A DNA stretch of 64,000 bases from Squalus acanthias (lineage: Eukaryota). The stretch lies in the NCBI GenBank assembly GCA_030390025.1, contig CM059446.1, positions 14,942,001 through 15,006,000 of the forward strand, written 5' to 3'. The translations under genes and the position numbers were made by a program. Below are positions 1-34,990 of this stretch, in pieces; position 1 is the first letter of the stretch, and each line of letters begins with the position of its first letter. The notes below the pieces were generated by a model. It searched no databases. It had not been told where the DNA came from and saw only the letters and a list, made by a program, of their open reading frames with translations.

Positions 1-850
1 TATGGTCACTCATTCCAAGGGGATCCTTTACTAGGACACTTTTTATTAATCCTGTCTCATTACACAGGACCAGATCTAAGATTGCCTGCCCCCTGGTTGG
101 TTCAGTAACATACTGCTCAAGGAACCCGTCCCTAATGCACTCTATGAACTCTTCCTCAAGGCTGCCGTGCCCAATTTGATTTGTCCAGTCAATATGAAAG
201 TTAAAATCTCCCATGATTATAGCTGTTCCCTTATTACAAGCCCCAACTATTTCCTGATTTATACTCCGACCAATAGAGTTAGAACTGTTAGGAGGCCTAT
301 AGACTACGCCCACTAGTGACTTTTTCCCCTTATTATTCCTTATCTCCACCCAAACTGTTTCACTATCCTGATCCTTTGACCCAATATAATTTCTCACTAT
401 TGCAGTGATTCCATCCTTTATTTACATAGCCACCCCACCTTCCTTTCCTTCCTGTCTGTCCTTCCTAATAGTCAAATACCCCTGGATGTTTAGTTCCCAG
501 TCATGGTCACCTCGCAGCCATGTTTCTGTAATGGCCACCAGATCATACCCATGTGTAGTTATTTGTACCGTCAACTCGTCTATTTTGTTACGAATGCTGC
601 GTGCATTCAGATAAAGAACTTTTAAACATGTTTTGTGACAATTTATTCCTGCTTTTACCCCCTTTACTACTTTACCTTTATATATTCTGTCCCTTCCTGA
701 CACGCTCTGGTTTTTAATTTCCCCACTGCTAATTTGCTGTATTGCCTTCTCCGCTGACATTTTTATTCTTCACTCTCTTGAAACCTCCCCCCCACTAAAG
801 CCCTCTCTACAGCCCTAGTTATTCGATTCACCAGGATTCTAGTCCCAGCA
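1..850 (-). mobile_element. CR1 LINE fragment (ORF2 start, APE endonuclease), inverted
   Basis: LKVLYLNARSIRNKIDEL...YDLVAITETWL...IQGY...RKDR...GGVA is the APE N-terminus; it runs off the window start. Confidence 0.85.
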
Positions 851-1180
851 CTGGCCAAGTGATCCCATTGGCAGAAAGGTCGAGAACCAGAGGACACAGA
901 TTTAAGGTGATTGGCAGAAGATCCAAAGGCGACATGAGGAAAAACTTTTTTACTCAGCGAGTGGTTAAGATCTGGAATGTACTGCCTGAAAGGGTGGTGG
1001 AGGCAGACTCAATCATGGCTTTCAAAAGGGAGTTGGACAAGTACCTGAAGGAAAAAAATTTACAGAGCTACGGGGAAAGGGCGGGGGAGTGGGACTAGCT
1101 GAAGTGCTCTTGCAGAGAGCCGGCACGGGCTCGACAGGCCGAATGGCCTTCTTCCGTGCTGTAACCATTCTATGATTCTA
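851..1180 (+). mobile_element. CR1 LINE 3' end
   Basis: SRTRGHRFK...RKNFFTQRVVKIWNVLP...FKRELDKYL followed by a CR1 3' UTR with ATTCTATGATTCTA tail. Confidence 0.9.
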
Positions 1181-1199
1181 AGTGTGGACTCTTCTGCTG

Positions 1200-1690
1200 A
1201 ACTTAGAGTAGATTCAGTTGGAGTCCCAGGACACAGCAAAGGGTTGGGATATCCCTTATAGGTTATTGCTGCACACAATCCCTTCCGTTTTCTGTCCAGA
1301 CACAGCTTGGCAAGACATCTTGCCAGCCAGTCCGGCAGAAGCAAGGATCCCCAATGGAAAGCCTCATATTCGGGCATTCTCTCCTGCATTATTGGGGACC
1401 TGGAGTGGCTTCTAATGCCCCAATGAGCCATGTCACAGTTAGCCAGGCTGTGAGTAGTGTCAGAGATTGCAGTCCCTCTTCCACAATTTAAAGAGGGCTG
1501 CTTCTCAACTTGTGGGATTGTTAGCTCAACGTTCCTGATCTTCAGTCACCCGGTATGTAGTTTGGGGGTTGGTTACGGGGGTGGAAAGCAGATTGGAGGA
1601 CCTCCTCGTGGGCTGCTCGATGGGTCAACACAGAAGGGGAAAAATGGGGGATTCCAGCCACTGAGCCGACGTATCCGCACCCACTGAGCA
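1200..1690 (+). mobile_element. Degenerate Tx1/L1-clade LINE ORF2 C-terminal fragment
   Basis: Frameshifted peptides YRLLLHT...PDTAW, PQWKASYSGIL...IGDLEW, RLQSLF, TFLIFSHPV and EDLLVG resemble the Tx1-type ORF2 end (recalled similarity, not searched). Confidence 0.5.
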
Positions 1691-2924
1691 AGATTTTGAC
1701 CCTCTACCCGCTCCTGCGCAAAATATTAGCCCCCTCCCCTCGATGAATGGGATTCTGTGCCCCTTCCTTCCCTCCGGCTATATTTCCTGTTCCCCCACCC
1801 CAATCCATTGACTGCAGCTGTCCCTCACAAGGTAGCTCTGCACGCTTCATTTTGTCTACAGTAACTCCGCGATTGCATTTGCAATCCACAGAACCCGCAT
1901 TCCATTGGGTGCATTTTTCGTCCCCAGTTGGCAGGCTCAATCGCCCTAATGTTACGGATATGAATTCCCTTTCCCCTCCAGTCTTCTCCCGTCCCTCTTC
2001 ACTACACCATCACTCCTGCCTACCCCACTTCCTCTATTTTGCTTCTTCCTCCTTACCCACTCCCCCACATTTGTTCCATGAACCCCCACCCTCTAACCCT
2101 CTTTGACCCGAAACATTAAAATTGATCTCGACTACTCATGTGCAATGCCATGGGAAATCAACTAGTAACCAATACAAATAAGACAGCAAAACCGTAACAC
2201 TTCAATACATTTCTAAACCCACTGTCAACTGGGCAACACTTGATGTTTAATGAATTTTGAATATGTTTCACTGCAGGATTGAGTAACAGGGCAGCGAGGA
2301 GACAGGTTCAAGCTCATTACCACGAGGTCCTCAATTTCAGATAGCTAATTGGGGCTTAGGGGAAGTCAGATGCTCAGTTTTAAGAGGGAAGTCATCATCA
2401 TCAAGGCTACAGTTTTGTGGCTTTCACAGGAAAATGGTTGGAATCATACAATGCAGTCCCCAAAATCAGCAGCAAAAAATCCTATGTAATCAAGACCTAT
2501 TCATTCACTGAACCAGTGGAGCTGGGTCATCACCAGATCCTCTCCAAGCAGTCGGCTCAGGTCAGTATTGACAAATACCCATGAGCTGACTGCCTGGCCC
2601 AGCCCTCCAATGCAGAGGTGTAAATATTACAAGGAATCAATTAAGAAGCAAGTTGTCCCAATTTTGATTGTTCTCACAGCTGACAGACGACTGCACTTTG
2701 GTCCAAGTGATGAGCAGCATCAACTAGGACTACAGTGAAGGAATTTTAATGATGTGCACAAGTCAGCAGTTAGGATATATACTACAGTGGGGATGGCCAT
2801 CATCAACTTGACAATGCAACTTTTAAAAATAAACTTTGCAGACACTTTGTCAATATACCTTTCAAGGGAATAGGTGTTCAGTGTGAGGGAATCATAATAT
2901 ACCCATTAAAGGCACTCTATGCCA

Positions 2925-3236
2925 GTGTCTTTTGGATGAGACGCTAAACTGAGGTCTGCTCTCTCAGGTGGACATAAAAGATCCCATGGCCACTATTTTG
3001 AAGAAGAGCAGGGGAGTTACCCCCCTCGTGACCTGGCCAATATTTATCCCTCAATCAACATCACTAAAACAGATCACATTGCTGTTTGTGGGAGCTTGTG
3101 GAGTGTACATTGGCTGCTGCGTTTCCTGCATTACAACAGTGACTACACTTCAAAAAGTAATTCATTGGCTGTAAAGCGCTTTGGGACGTCCGGTGGTTGT
3201 GAAAGGTGCGATATAAAATGGACGTCTTTCTTTCTT
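2925..3236 (+). mobile_element. Deu-domain SINE (SacSINE1/AmnSINE1-like) with (TCTT)n tail
   Basis: ctcaggtggacataaaagatcccatggc...cattgctgtttgtgggagcttg...gtaaagcgctttgggacgtcc; the same sequence recurs at 11063, 34375 and 38513. Confidence 0.75.
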
Positions 3237-3242
3237 CTCCCA

Positions 3243-6089
3243 AAAGTGAGAAGTCACACAACACCAGGTTACAGTCCAACAGTTTTATTTGAAATCACAA
3301 GCTTTCGGAGCTGCTGCCCCTTCGTCAGGTGAAGTGAAGGAATACGAATCGGCAAAGCATATATAGACAGAGAACAATGCCTGTGTAGCGTACAATGTCA
3401 GACGACTACAGTTAATCTTTCTGACTGCCTTTTATCACACCTCGGCAGAGAAACAATCAGGAAGGCATTATATCAAAGACACAGCAAGATACAACTAAGA
3501 CAATGAGGTGGGGTCACAGGGGGTCTAATGTGTCAAATGCAGTCTGTATGGAAAACCATAAACTTAAAATTTTTTACTTTTTTTTACTGGAAATCACATC
3601 TGTGAACAAGCCAACGATGACTCGAGTCTGGATGACGCTACGTCATGTAGCGTGACATGAACCCAAGATCCCGGTTGAGGCCGTCCTCATGGGTGCGGAA
3701 CTTGGCTATCAGTTTCTGCTCGATGATTTTGCGTTGTCGTGTGTCTCGAAGGCCGCCTTGGAGAACGCTTACCTGCAGATCCGAGGCTGAATGTCCTTGA
3801 CTGCTGAAGTGTTCCCCGACTGGGAGGTAACAATCCTGCCTGGTGATTGTTGCGCGGTGTCAGTTCATACGTTGTCTCAGTGTCTGCATGGTCTCGCCGA
3901 TGTACCATGCTCCGGTGCATCCTTTCCTGCAACGTATGAGGTAGACAACGTTGGCTGAGTCACATGAGTATGTACCATGTACCTGGTGGGTAGTGTCCTC
4001 ACGTGTGATGATGGTATCTGTGTTGATGATCTGGCATGTCTTGCAGAGGTTGCCGTGGCAGGGTTGTGTGGTGTCGTGGTCGCTGTTCTCCTGAAAGCTG
4101 GGTAATTTGCTGCGAACAATGGTACTTTTGAGGTTAGGCGGCTGTTTGAAGGCGAGTAGTGGAGGCGTGGGGATGGCCTTAGCGAGGTGTTCGTCGTCAT
4201 CGATGACACGTTGAAGGCTGCGAAGAACATGGCGTAGTTTCTCCGCTCCGGGGAAGTACTGGACGACGTAGGGTACCCTGTTGGTTGTGTCCCGTGTTCG
4301 CCTTCTGAGGAGGTCTATGCGATTTTTCGCTGTGGCCCGTCGGAACTGTCGATCGATGAGTCGAGCGTCATATCCCGTTCTTACGAGGGCGTCTTTCAGC
4401 GTCCGTAGGTGTCCATCGCGTTCCTCCTCGTCTGAGCAGATCCTGTGTATTCGCAGGGCTTGTCCATAGGGGATGGCTTATTTAACGTGATTAGGGTGGA
4501 AGCTGGAGAAGTGGAGCATCGTGAGGTTGTCCGTGGGCTTGCAGTAGAGTGAAGTGCTGAGGTGTCCGTCTTTGATGGAGATTCGTGTGTCCAGGAATGA
4601 AACCGATTCTGAGGAGTAGTCCATGGTGAGTTTGATGGTGGGATGGAACCTGTTGATGCTATCGTGTAGTCCTTTCAGTGATCCTTCGCCGTGGGTCCAA
4701 AGGAAGAAAATGTCGTCGATGTATCTGGTGTACAGCGTTGGTTGGAGGTCCTGTGCAGCGAAGAAGTCTTGCTCGAACTTGTGCATGAAGATGTTGGCGT
4801 ATTGGGGTGCGAATTTGGTCCCCATGGCTGTTCCGTGTGTTTGGGTAAAAAACTGGTTGTCGAAGGTGAAGACATTGTGGTCAAGGATGAAGCGGATGAG
4901 TTGTAGGATGGCGTCTGGAGATTGGCTGTTGTTGGTGTTGAGTACTGAGGCTGTCGCAGCGATGCCGTCATCGTGGGGGATACTGGTGTAGAGTGCCGAT
5001 ACGTCCATCGTGGCGAGGAGTGTTCCTGGTTCAACTGGTCCATGGGTGCTGAGTTTCTGTAAGAAGTCTGTGGTGTTGCGACAGAAGCTGGGGGTTCCCT
5101 GTACGATGGGTTTCAGGATGCCCTCGATGTATCCAGAGAGGTTCTCACACAGGGTTCCGTTGCCTGATACGATCGGACGTCTGGGTGTGTTGGCTTTGTG
5201 TATCTTTGGGAGGCAGTAGAAGTCTCCCACGTGGGGAATACATGGGATGAGAGCGCGTAGGATGCTTTGAAGGTCTGGATCGAAGGTCTTGATCAGTCTA
5301 GAGTTGGCAGGTGTGTTCTTTGGTCGGATCTGTGGGTAACTGTCTGTGGTGTTCCAGGTTGTCCAGTTGTCGGTATGCTTCTTTGCAATAGTCCATTCTG
5401 TTCTGTATGACGATGGCTCCTCCTTTGTCCACTGGTTTGATGACAATGTTGCGGTTGGTCTTGAGAGCGTGGATGGCGTTGCGTTGTGCTCGGGTGACAT
5501 TCTGGACTGTCTTGTGAGTGCGGCTGATGAATCTGGCGTTGATGAATCTCCTGACAGCTTGAGCATACATGTCAAGCTTAGGGCAGCGACCCTCCGGAGG
5601 GGTCCAATTTGACTCTTTCTTCTTCGGTTGCTGCACTGCGAGTCCCTCTGTCTGCTGTTCCGGATCATTGATTGTCTCATTGGGTTCGCTGCCGACATCT
5701 TGGGATTCGTGGAAGAATTCCCAGATCCTCATTCTCCTGATGAATTCCTCTGTGTCTGCCGCGAGACCGATGGGGTCCATTTTGGTGGTGGGGCAGAAAA
5801 TGAGCCCTCGGCTGAGAACTTCGATTTCGTCTGGTTGAAGGGTGTGGTCGGACAAGTTGACGATGGACTTCCCTGTGGTTACAACCGTGGTACCGGGGGA
5901 GGCTTGGTTGCTGCTGGTGGTGATGCCAAGTTTCTCAAGCTTCCTGTTCTTGATGCGTAGTTCCGTTGCCTCGTCTGTTTGGCGGTGTCTCGTAGCTGGT
6001 CTGCTGTGTCCTGAGCACAGGCTGAGAGCATGGACTCTATCTTGGTTGCGAGGTTGCGGCGTTTGCTGTAGAGCTGGTGTACGAGATGG
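3243..6089 (-). mobile_element. Penelope-like retroelement (Neptune-type), 5'-truncated and disrupted; RT + GIY-YIG, with HHR-bearing 3' terminus
   Basis: RT motifs FYCLPKIHK, RPIVS, MDVSALYTSIP, GTAMGTKFAPQYANIFM, YTRYIDDIF and FLDT; Cys-rich linker PCHGNLCKTC; endonuclease VVYLIRCRKGC..WYIGET...GLNRD, stop at 3638. Lesions: frameshift ~5300, TAA 4478, TGA 3860. Flanked by TTCTCCCA direct repeats (3235-3242, 6090-6097). Confidence 0.92.
3295..3332 (-). ncRNA. Minimal type I hammerhead ribozyme motif in the PLE 3' terminus
   Basis: UCAC CUGACGA A GGGGC AGCA GCUCC GAAA GCUU GUGA: intact core, stems I and II, palindromic AAGCUU stem III, followed by AAUAAA. Confidence 0.85.
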
Positions 6090-6187
6090 TTCTCCCAGTT
6101 CAGGTATAGCAGTCAGATAAGTAAAACTCTCTGTAATCTGCCTTAATGTGCATCCAAGCACCTCTGCTGTAGCAGTGAGACTTTTCT

Positions 6188-7100
6188 TCTCCAAGTTTGC
6201 AGACGACACAAAGCTGGGTGGGAGTGTGTGCTGTGAGGAGGATGCAGAGAAACTCCAGTATGATTTGGACAGGTTGGGTGTTTGGGCAGATGCAGTATAA
6301 TGTGGATAAATGCAAGGTTATCCACTTCGGTGGCAAAAACAGATTATCTGAACGGCAATAGATTGGGAAAAGGGGAAGTGCAACAAGACCTGGGTGTCCT
6401 TATGCACCAGTCGCTGAAGGTAAGCATGCAGGTGCAGCAGGCGGTTAAGAAGGCAAATGGTATGTTGGCCTTCATAGCGAGAGGGTTTTAGTACAGGAGC
6501 AAGGATGTCTTGCTGCAGTTTTACAGGGCCTTGGTGAGACCACACCTTGAGTATTGTGTGCAGTTTTGGTCGCCTTATCTGAGGAAGGATGTTCTTGCCA
6601 TGGAGGGAGTGCAGCGAAGATTCACCAGACTGATACCTGGGATGGCAGGAATGACATATGGAGAGATTGGGTCGATTAGGCTTATATTCGCTAGAGTTTA
6701 GAAGAATGAGAGGGGATCTCATTGAAACTTATAAAATTCTAACAGGACTAGACAGACTAGATGCAGGAAGGATGTTCCCGATGGCGGGGGAGTCCAGAAC
6801 CAGGGGTCACAGTCTAAGGATAAGGGGTAAGCCATTTAGGACTGAGATGAGGAGGAATTTCTTCACCCAGAGAGTGGTGAACCTGTGGAATTCTCTACCA
6901 CAGAAGGCAGTTGAGGCCAATTCATTAAATATATTCAAGAAGGAGTTAGATATATTTCTTAAGGCTGAAGGGATCAAGGGATATGGGGAGAAAGCAGGGA
7001 CAGGGTACTGAATTTGGATGATCAGCCATGATCTCATTAAATGGCGGAACAGGCTCGAGGGGCCGAATGGCCTCCTCCTGCTCCTATCTATGTTTCTATG
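6188..7100 (+). mobile_element. CR1 LINE, 5'-truncated (RT C-terminus and 3' UTR)
   Basis: SKFADDTKLGG...LVRPHLEYCVQFWSP...RRMRGDLIETYKI...RRNFFTQRVVNLWNSLP; tail CCTATCTATGTTTCTATG. Confidence 0.92.
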
Positions 7101-7469
7101 ACTCAGTAAGATTGCCAGTCTAGTGTCAGTTTTGTGCTGTGGGCCCCTGTTGACCGAGAACAACAGGGAAGGGCACTTTTACAAAGTTATGCTGTCTACT
7201 CCCGCTCAGTGGTCAAGAAGTCTCCCAACCAGAAGACTGTCATCCCATCAGTCTGGACTGGATTTGAAGCCATTTCTCAGATTAAAGGCCAGCATCTCGA
7301 ACCACTGCACCACTAGAATTTAAAGAGCAAGCCACATTTCTTGGTATGTTTTAAAATTAAGACAGCTAACTTTCATGAAATGTGAGCAAATGGTGGCAGT
7401 ATTTACTCGAAAACATAAATGTAAAATACACACAAAACTATCCCTTTCAAATAATGTAAAAAGTCAAGA

Positions 7470-9665
7470 CAATATGGTATCAAAATAAGTTTATTTTGTG
7501 ACAGATATTGGAAAAAAAGTCCATTTTGTGCCTTTTTAGATTCACTTTACAAAATTTGTTTTAGACATAGCCTACATAAATTCTTTATATACGCCAAACC
7601 CTTTCTCCAGATATTTGAACTTGGCCATTTTTAAAACATAAAATTAAATTCCAGACCGCTGCCCAAAGCATTTAAGACACCTTGCATACCAATCAGTACC
7701 GTACAGATTGTTTCAAAAAGTAATTGTAAACTTAAACTCTACTGATTACCACCATTTCCCAGATACAGAGAAAAAAAAAAATCTTAGATGCTTAACAACT
7801 GAGAAAAGAGGCAAGCCATCAGAATTTTGGAATTATACAAGTGCAAACTATTTTGTACGGTCCACATCAAGAATACCAATCTGAAACACAAATTTGCATT
7901 TATATTTAGTGCCAAAAGGAGCCATATTAAAAACCCAACAAACTCCCAAGAGTATAATGAAATAAAATTTAAATCAATCCAAAAAGAGTTGCTTATATAG
8001 ATGTATTTTTTTTTGCCGCCAAGAAAAGATTTTTTTGGTACATCATTTGAGACAGGCACTGCTTTATACGATGAGAAATACGTCAGACCCATTGGAACCG
8101 ATATTCAATTTTCACATCAAAATCTTAAGAAATCTGGGGGGGGGGGGGGGAACAAAATCAGCATTAGCTCAATACAAACGTTGCATATAAAAGCTAGAAC
8201 ACTACAAGAGGATATCAACTGCACAGCATGATGTAAAATGTTTCCATTGTACAATGAATTATCAAAAATAAACATCAGTATCTGCATATACCAATTGCCC
8301 AGAGATCAGAGTGGGGCTCTTGGCAAGGAAAAGTACCTTTAATATTTGCCTGCAATTCAGCCAACACATTAAAGTTTAATATTTATTTTAAACTCATTTT
8401 GTTTTTCCAACAATTAAGCAATGCATGTCTGGGAGAGCTCAATTAAAAAGGCTATTGATAGAATACAAGCAATTCTGCATCATTGCCGAGAGTTATGGGT
8501 CAGTCTTGGATGGTTACAGCAAATTTTAAGGGTGAATCTTCGACCCTGGCTCGGTTGGTTCCCACAATTAGAACTGCAACTTGCATTTTAAGAGTTAAAG
8601 GGACATGAGTGCTTGAAGCCTTCAAAAGCGTTTGAATTCCTGCAATGGATGATTTCTAGTCTGTGTGGAAAAAGGTTTCATAAATTGAAAAAAAAAACCT
8701 GCAAAAACCTACATTTTCAAATTTCACGCTGCATGAAATATGGCGACTCCAAAATAGTTTCCAAAACTACCAGCACCAGGACCCAAACCCGCCTGAAATG
8801 GCAATGATGCACCTTCAACAGAAATAAGCACTTCCTTTTCCCAAAACTACCTAAAAGATGCCTGCTGCACTTAAACAGTCTGCAGGCCAACATCTTTCTG
8901 CTGCCGTCCAATAATAGTAGTAGAGCACGGCTGCCAATGTATTTTCGGGAGGCAGTAAAAAGTTAAGTACCCTCTCAGAAATAAAACATATCTAATACAG
9001 ATTGTAGTATTAGCGGACAGGTGACTGGGGAGGTTGGTTTTCGTTGTTTCCGATAACAAATGTGATGGGGGACTTGCATATTGTTGAAATACAATGGCAT
9101 CTTGATAATTCTAAAATGTATTTTCCAATTCCACTGATCTATTTTCAAAAGTATTGTAGTTTGTCCAAGTTAAAAAAAGATTTCTTCACAGTTGTCAATC
9201 ATTTTCCTGTTGATTTGATCATAACCAAAAATCACTATCAAAATACTCGATCACAGCATTTATTGCGTGTTTTAGGTATTCCAATCATAATGCTGTGACG
9301 ACCCTACAAGTACACAAAGTAACCCTTATTACATGTATTTGTAAATTCACAGAATGCCACAATCAGCTTTCAGATATTCAGTTAGGCGCAATATTTTGTC
9401 TCAGACATACAGCAGCTTTTGACGTGGAATAAGTGTTCAGGAACACTGAGCGTAGCCAGAGTCTTAGTCATCAGTAACGTGTCAAAATTTCCTCCTGTTG
9501 CCATTCCAGCATTGTTGTATAAAATCACTGAGTACCCCCTTAGTATAATGCTGCACCCAATTCGATGGTCGTCATACCAGAATCCATGCCAGCACAATCC
9601 AACAATGTTGTATAATCGGTATTCTGCAATATTTAACAAAGCAGTGTCGTTCATCTACGCTCAGA
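7470..9665 (-). other. ERLIN1: Probable ERLIN1 3' UTR with AATAAA at 7490-7495
   Basis: AT-rich, repeat-poor stretch after the stop codon; minus-strand AATAAA followed by T-rich sequence. The end point is inferred. Confidence 0.55.
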
Positions 9666-31421
<21,756 letters not shown>

Positions 31422-34049
31422 CCTGCCTTATCTGCAAGAAAGGGGATGGAGACAGCAGAGTTAATGTCAACAGCAGATGATGACGCAGGGCTATATTGAA
31501 ACAAATACTACACAATCATACGTACTAGGTACGAGTTGGAATTTACTTCTGCAAAGATAAAGCCACAGTATGTCCAGAAATGAAGGTGCACTGGAGAAAT
31601 CATTTTAGATCACAACTTTGTAATAATGCAGTGGCTTAAGCAGGATTCGGACATCTGATTAATTAGCAAAATGTTTAGCGGAACTTATTTATACTTATAA
31701 AAATGGCAATTATATATGCACTTGTATAGAAGTTTTACATAAAATTAATTTAAGCAGCAGAATCATGCACGCAATCATCTAGAAACCGATCAAAACTAAA
31801 CTTACACCCAGCTTCGACAAGTGAACATTTTTTGAACTCCTTCAATTCCTTAGCAGCAACAGCTTTTTTTTTTTAAAAAGCACTGTTGAAACTACTCTAC
31901 AAAACGCATCTGCAGAGGTTTGACCACCTTTCCGAAACTGATCCAGTTTCAGGAACCCAATGCTTTCCTTAATAGGCAAATTACACATAGCCGATTTCAA
32001 ACCCAACTTCCTGGTTTCTCAGGTTTTCTTCAAGTACGAGAGCGCAATGTTCGCTCTCGACAGTGAAATTTGAGCATGGTGCAAGAAGATAGTAAAAGGG
32101 ATTCTACTGCACTAAAATTACCAGCAAGTTACTTACACTAAAGCAAACACTGTATAGGGCAAGATGTCTTTATTAGTTTCTTATATGTTGAACCTAACCA
32201 TAAACTATTACATTTGAAGAAACACTGGAAATAGTACATGCAGTAGTAAATAATCATTTAAACATTACTTTTCCCATCAGTTAAAAATAGTACCAAACAC
32301 TGCTTATGGGATTGAGAATTTATACCGAACAATATAGCATAAATGTCTGGTCTTAGTCCAAATATCATTTGTATCAAAGGCCAATGTATACACATTTAAA
32401 GTATTTTTAAACTCAATATTACTTTCCCCAAATCAGCATCAAGAAACAGCTCCAGATAATAAAATCACAGACAACACAAGCGACACGTTGCTTGAGCCGT
32501 CCATTCTTTAACTGTCATTCCTTAATTCATTATCCGAACATACATATTTACTTATAGCACACACCCTGATTTTTAAGGTTCCAAAACTTTTAAATTTGGA
32601 GTTCTACGTCTTCCAGCAGCAGTTCACAACCCTGGTCATGTGTCGGTGTTGGGGACTGTCACAAGTAAGTTTTCATTCAGGAGTTAAACTGTTGACATCA
32701 GAAGCTAAACAAAACAGAAAGAAACCAAGTAATACAGGCTGAAAAGACTATCCAATCTCCACAAGACAATAGAGGTTGTGGCTTGCAAAATGGTGTTGGG
32801 AAACAGCTCATGGAATAGTATACTACTAACTTTCAACTACAGTATGGAATAAATGTACTTGCAACTATTTTCTAATCGAACAATCAATCATACACGTGTT
32901 AGTGTAGCCACAAAAAGCTCAATTTGAAGCAAGCAATGTTAAAAAAAACCTTCTGGGAACAAAGTTGTATGCAAGTATTGTCACAGAGACTGTGTGGAGA
33001 ATTTCCAAATGAGTACAGAACATTATTTTAAACAAATATGTCTCTTATGGGTACTACCTATCCGAATGCATTCCTGGTCTAGGTGGCTATTACCGTGCGG
33101 CAACTCGGAACAGGAGTTTCCACATGTTAGTATATTTCTTCGGTCATGTGCCATCTGCCGTACATGCAAATTGTATGCCAAGTGCACACAGCGACTGTGC
33201 AGATCCGGCAATCGCTGTTCAAAGTGTCACAGGGAAATAAACTGGCTTGGCAAAGTTCCGTGCACATCTATAAGGAATGGTCCAAGAGCCAAATAAAATG
33301 AATGCTGCTCACATTGCGTGACATTGACATTTACACCAGTTGCTGGACTTTCACCCCATCATCCTGGGCTAGCCTTGTTTCTGTATTCCAACATGAACCG
33401 AGTTCAACCAGTTTATTTTGAATTATATAAATTATATGTATATACAATTCCAAGGTGTTTGCTTTTAATCCTGCTCTCAGGATAGTGACACTAAACCAAT
33501 CTTCATGCACAGTTCTCCTGCATTTGTACTGTTCTTCGATTCCTCTCTCCTTCAGCCCATTAAAAAGGTCTACAAAGTTCGAAATCATTTTCCTCCAAGG
33601 ACCAGTGAATGCTGAAAGGCATGTGTCAACAGTTGACGTGACTCAAAGGTAAAAACATATTTATCTCTTTGAAATGCCCTCCAGGTCTAGGTGCCATCTG
33701 TTTGCAGAGGTTGGATTGTTTACTTCAAACTGTCATAGACTGGGGTAGCATCGCACATTGGCAGTTGATAAAACTCTCAAAAGGATCTTAACCTCCCTAT
33801 CTGATTGCCTGGTCAGATGATTATCATAATGACTGTTTTAGTTTGGATTCTGAGAGCAAAGTCAATGAGTCAGATATTGGTGCTTACACCATTAAACCTG
33901 GCTACCTTATCTCCCCCCCCCCCCACCCCCCCCCGGTCACCACCCCAATTCAGTTTAAATGGAGCCTAATTAACTATTTCTATACTTGTTACCAGCCTCC
34001 GAATGCCTCCCAGTTTGGTGGAGCCTACTGCAGTTTCTAATGACTTGAA

Positions 34050-34990
34050 ATCAGACACCCAATGCAAATCCGTCAAATTTGCAAATGATACTAAGCCAAG
34101 AGGGTTAGTGGAGTAGGAAATAGCAGCTCAAATTACAGATTGAGCTAAATAAAATAGCTAAGCTGACAGAACAAAGACATTAAATTTTATATAGATATAT
34201 GTGAAGTACTACACACAAGGAGGAAAACTGGACAACACACATACTCCTCCATGAATGGTTGAAACAGCAAAGGATGAAGTTGAAAAAGACTTACGAGTCT
34301 TAATAGCCTGTGTGCAAAATGTCAGAGCGCAGAGCAATAATTAAAGCCAATAGAACGGCAACAGAAAAAAAAAATTCCAGTTATATAACACCTTTCACCA
34401 CCTCAGAATGTCCCAAAGAACTTTACAACCAATGAAATACTTCTGAAGTGCAGTCGCTGTTGTAATGAAATGTAGGAAACACAGCAGCCAATTAGCACAC
34501 AGCAATGGTCCCACAAAAAACAATGCGAAAATGACCGGATAATTTTTTTTTTTGGTTATGTTGGTTGAATGATAAATATTGGCCAGGACACCGGGGAGAA
34601 CGCCCTTGCTCTTCTTCGAAATAGTTCCGTGGGATCTTTCACAACCACCAAATTAACAGAGGAATCTTGATCACACCATACACAGTGCTCTGGTCAGACC
34701 ACAGCATGAGCACTGTGTGCAGTTCTGGTCACTGAAACATTTATGCCCTGGAGACAGCACACTTAAGAGCACGAGTCTTAAGAAGTCGCAGCTGTGAGGA
34801 AATTTGGGTTCTTCAGCCTTGAAAGTAGAAAGCTGAGAGGGATTTTATAGAAGTATACAAGATTATAAATAGTGTGGAAAAGGAGAATTGCTTTAAATTA
34901 AATTGCAAGAGACAGTTTTAAACTAGTAAAAGGCAAATTTAGGACTGATCAGAAAATTCTTCCACAAAGCGATCAACGCATTGGAAGGGA
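34050..34990 (+). mobile_element. Degenerate CR1 interrupted by a minus-strand Deu SINE (34375-34645)
   Basis: KFANDTK and LVRPQHEHCVQFWS remnants on either side of the SINE. Confidence 0.6.

Noticed and set aside
3860-3862. In-frame TGA in the PLE GIY-YIG domain as possible selenocysteine
   Set aside because: Context RMN*HR is not a conserved Cys position and is more simply GGA to TGA; the copy has other disabling lesions.
5298-6209. 303-aa ORF as an independent gene
   Set aside because: It is chimeric: antisense CR1 and flank, then an off-frame PLE segment, then the PLE N-terminal frame.
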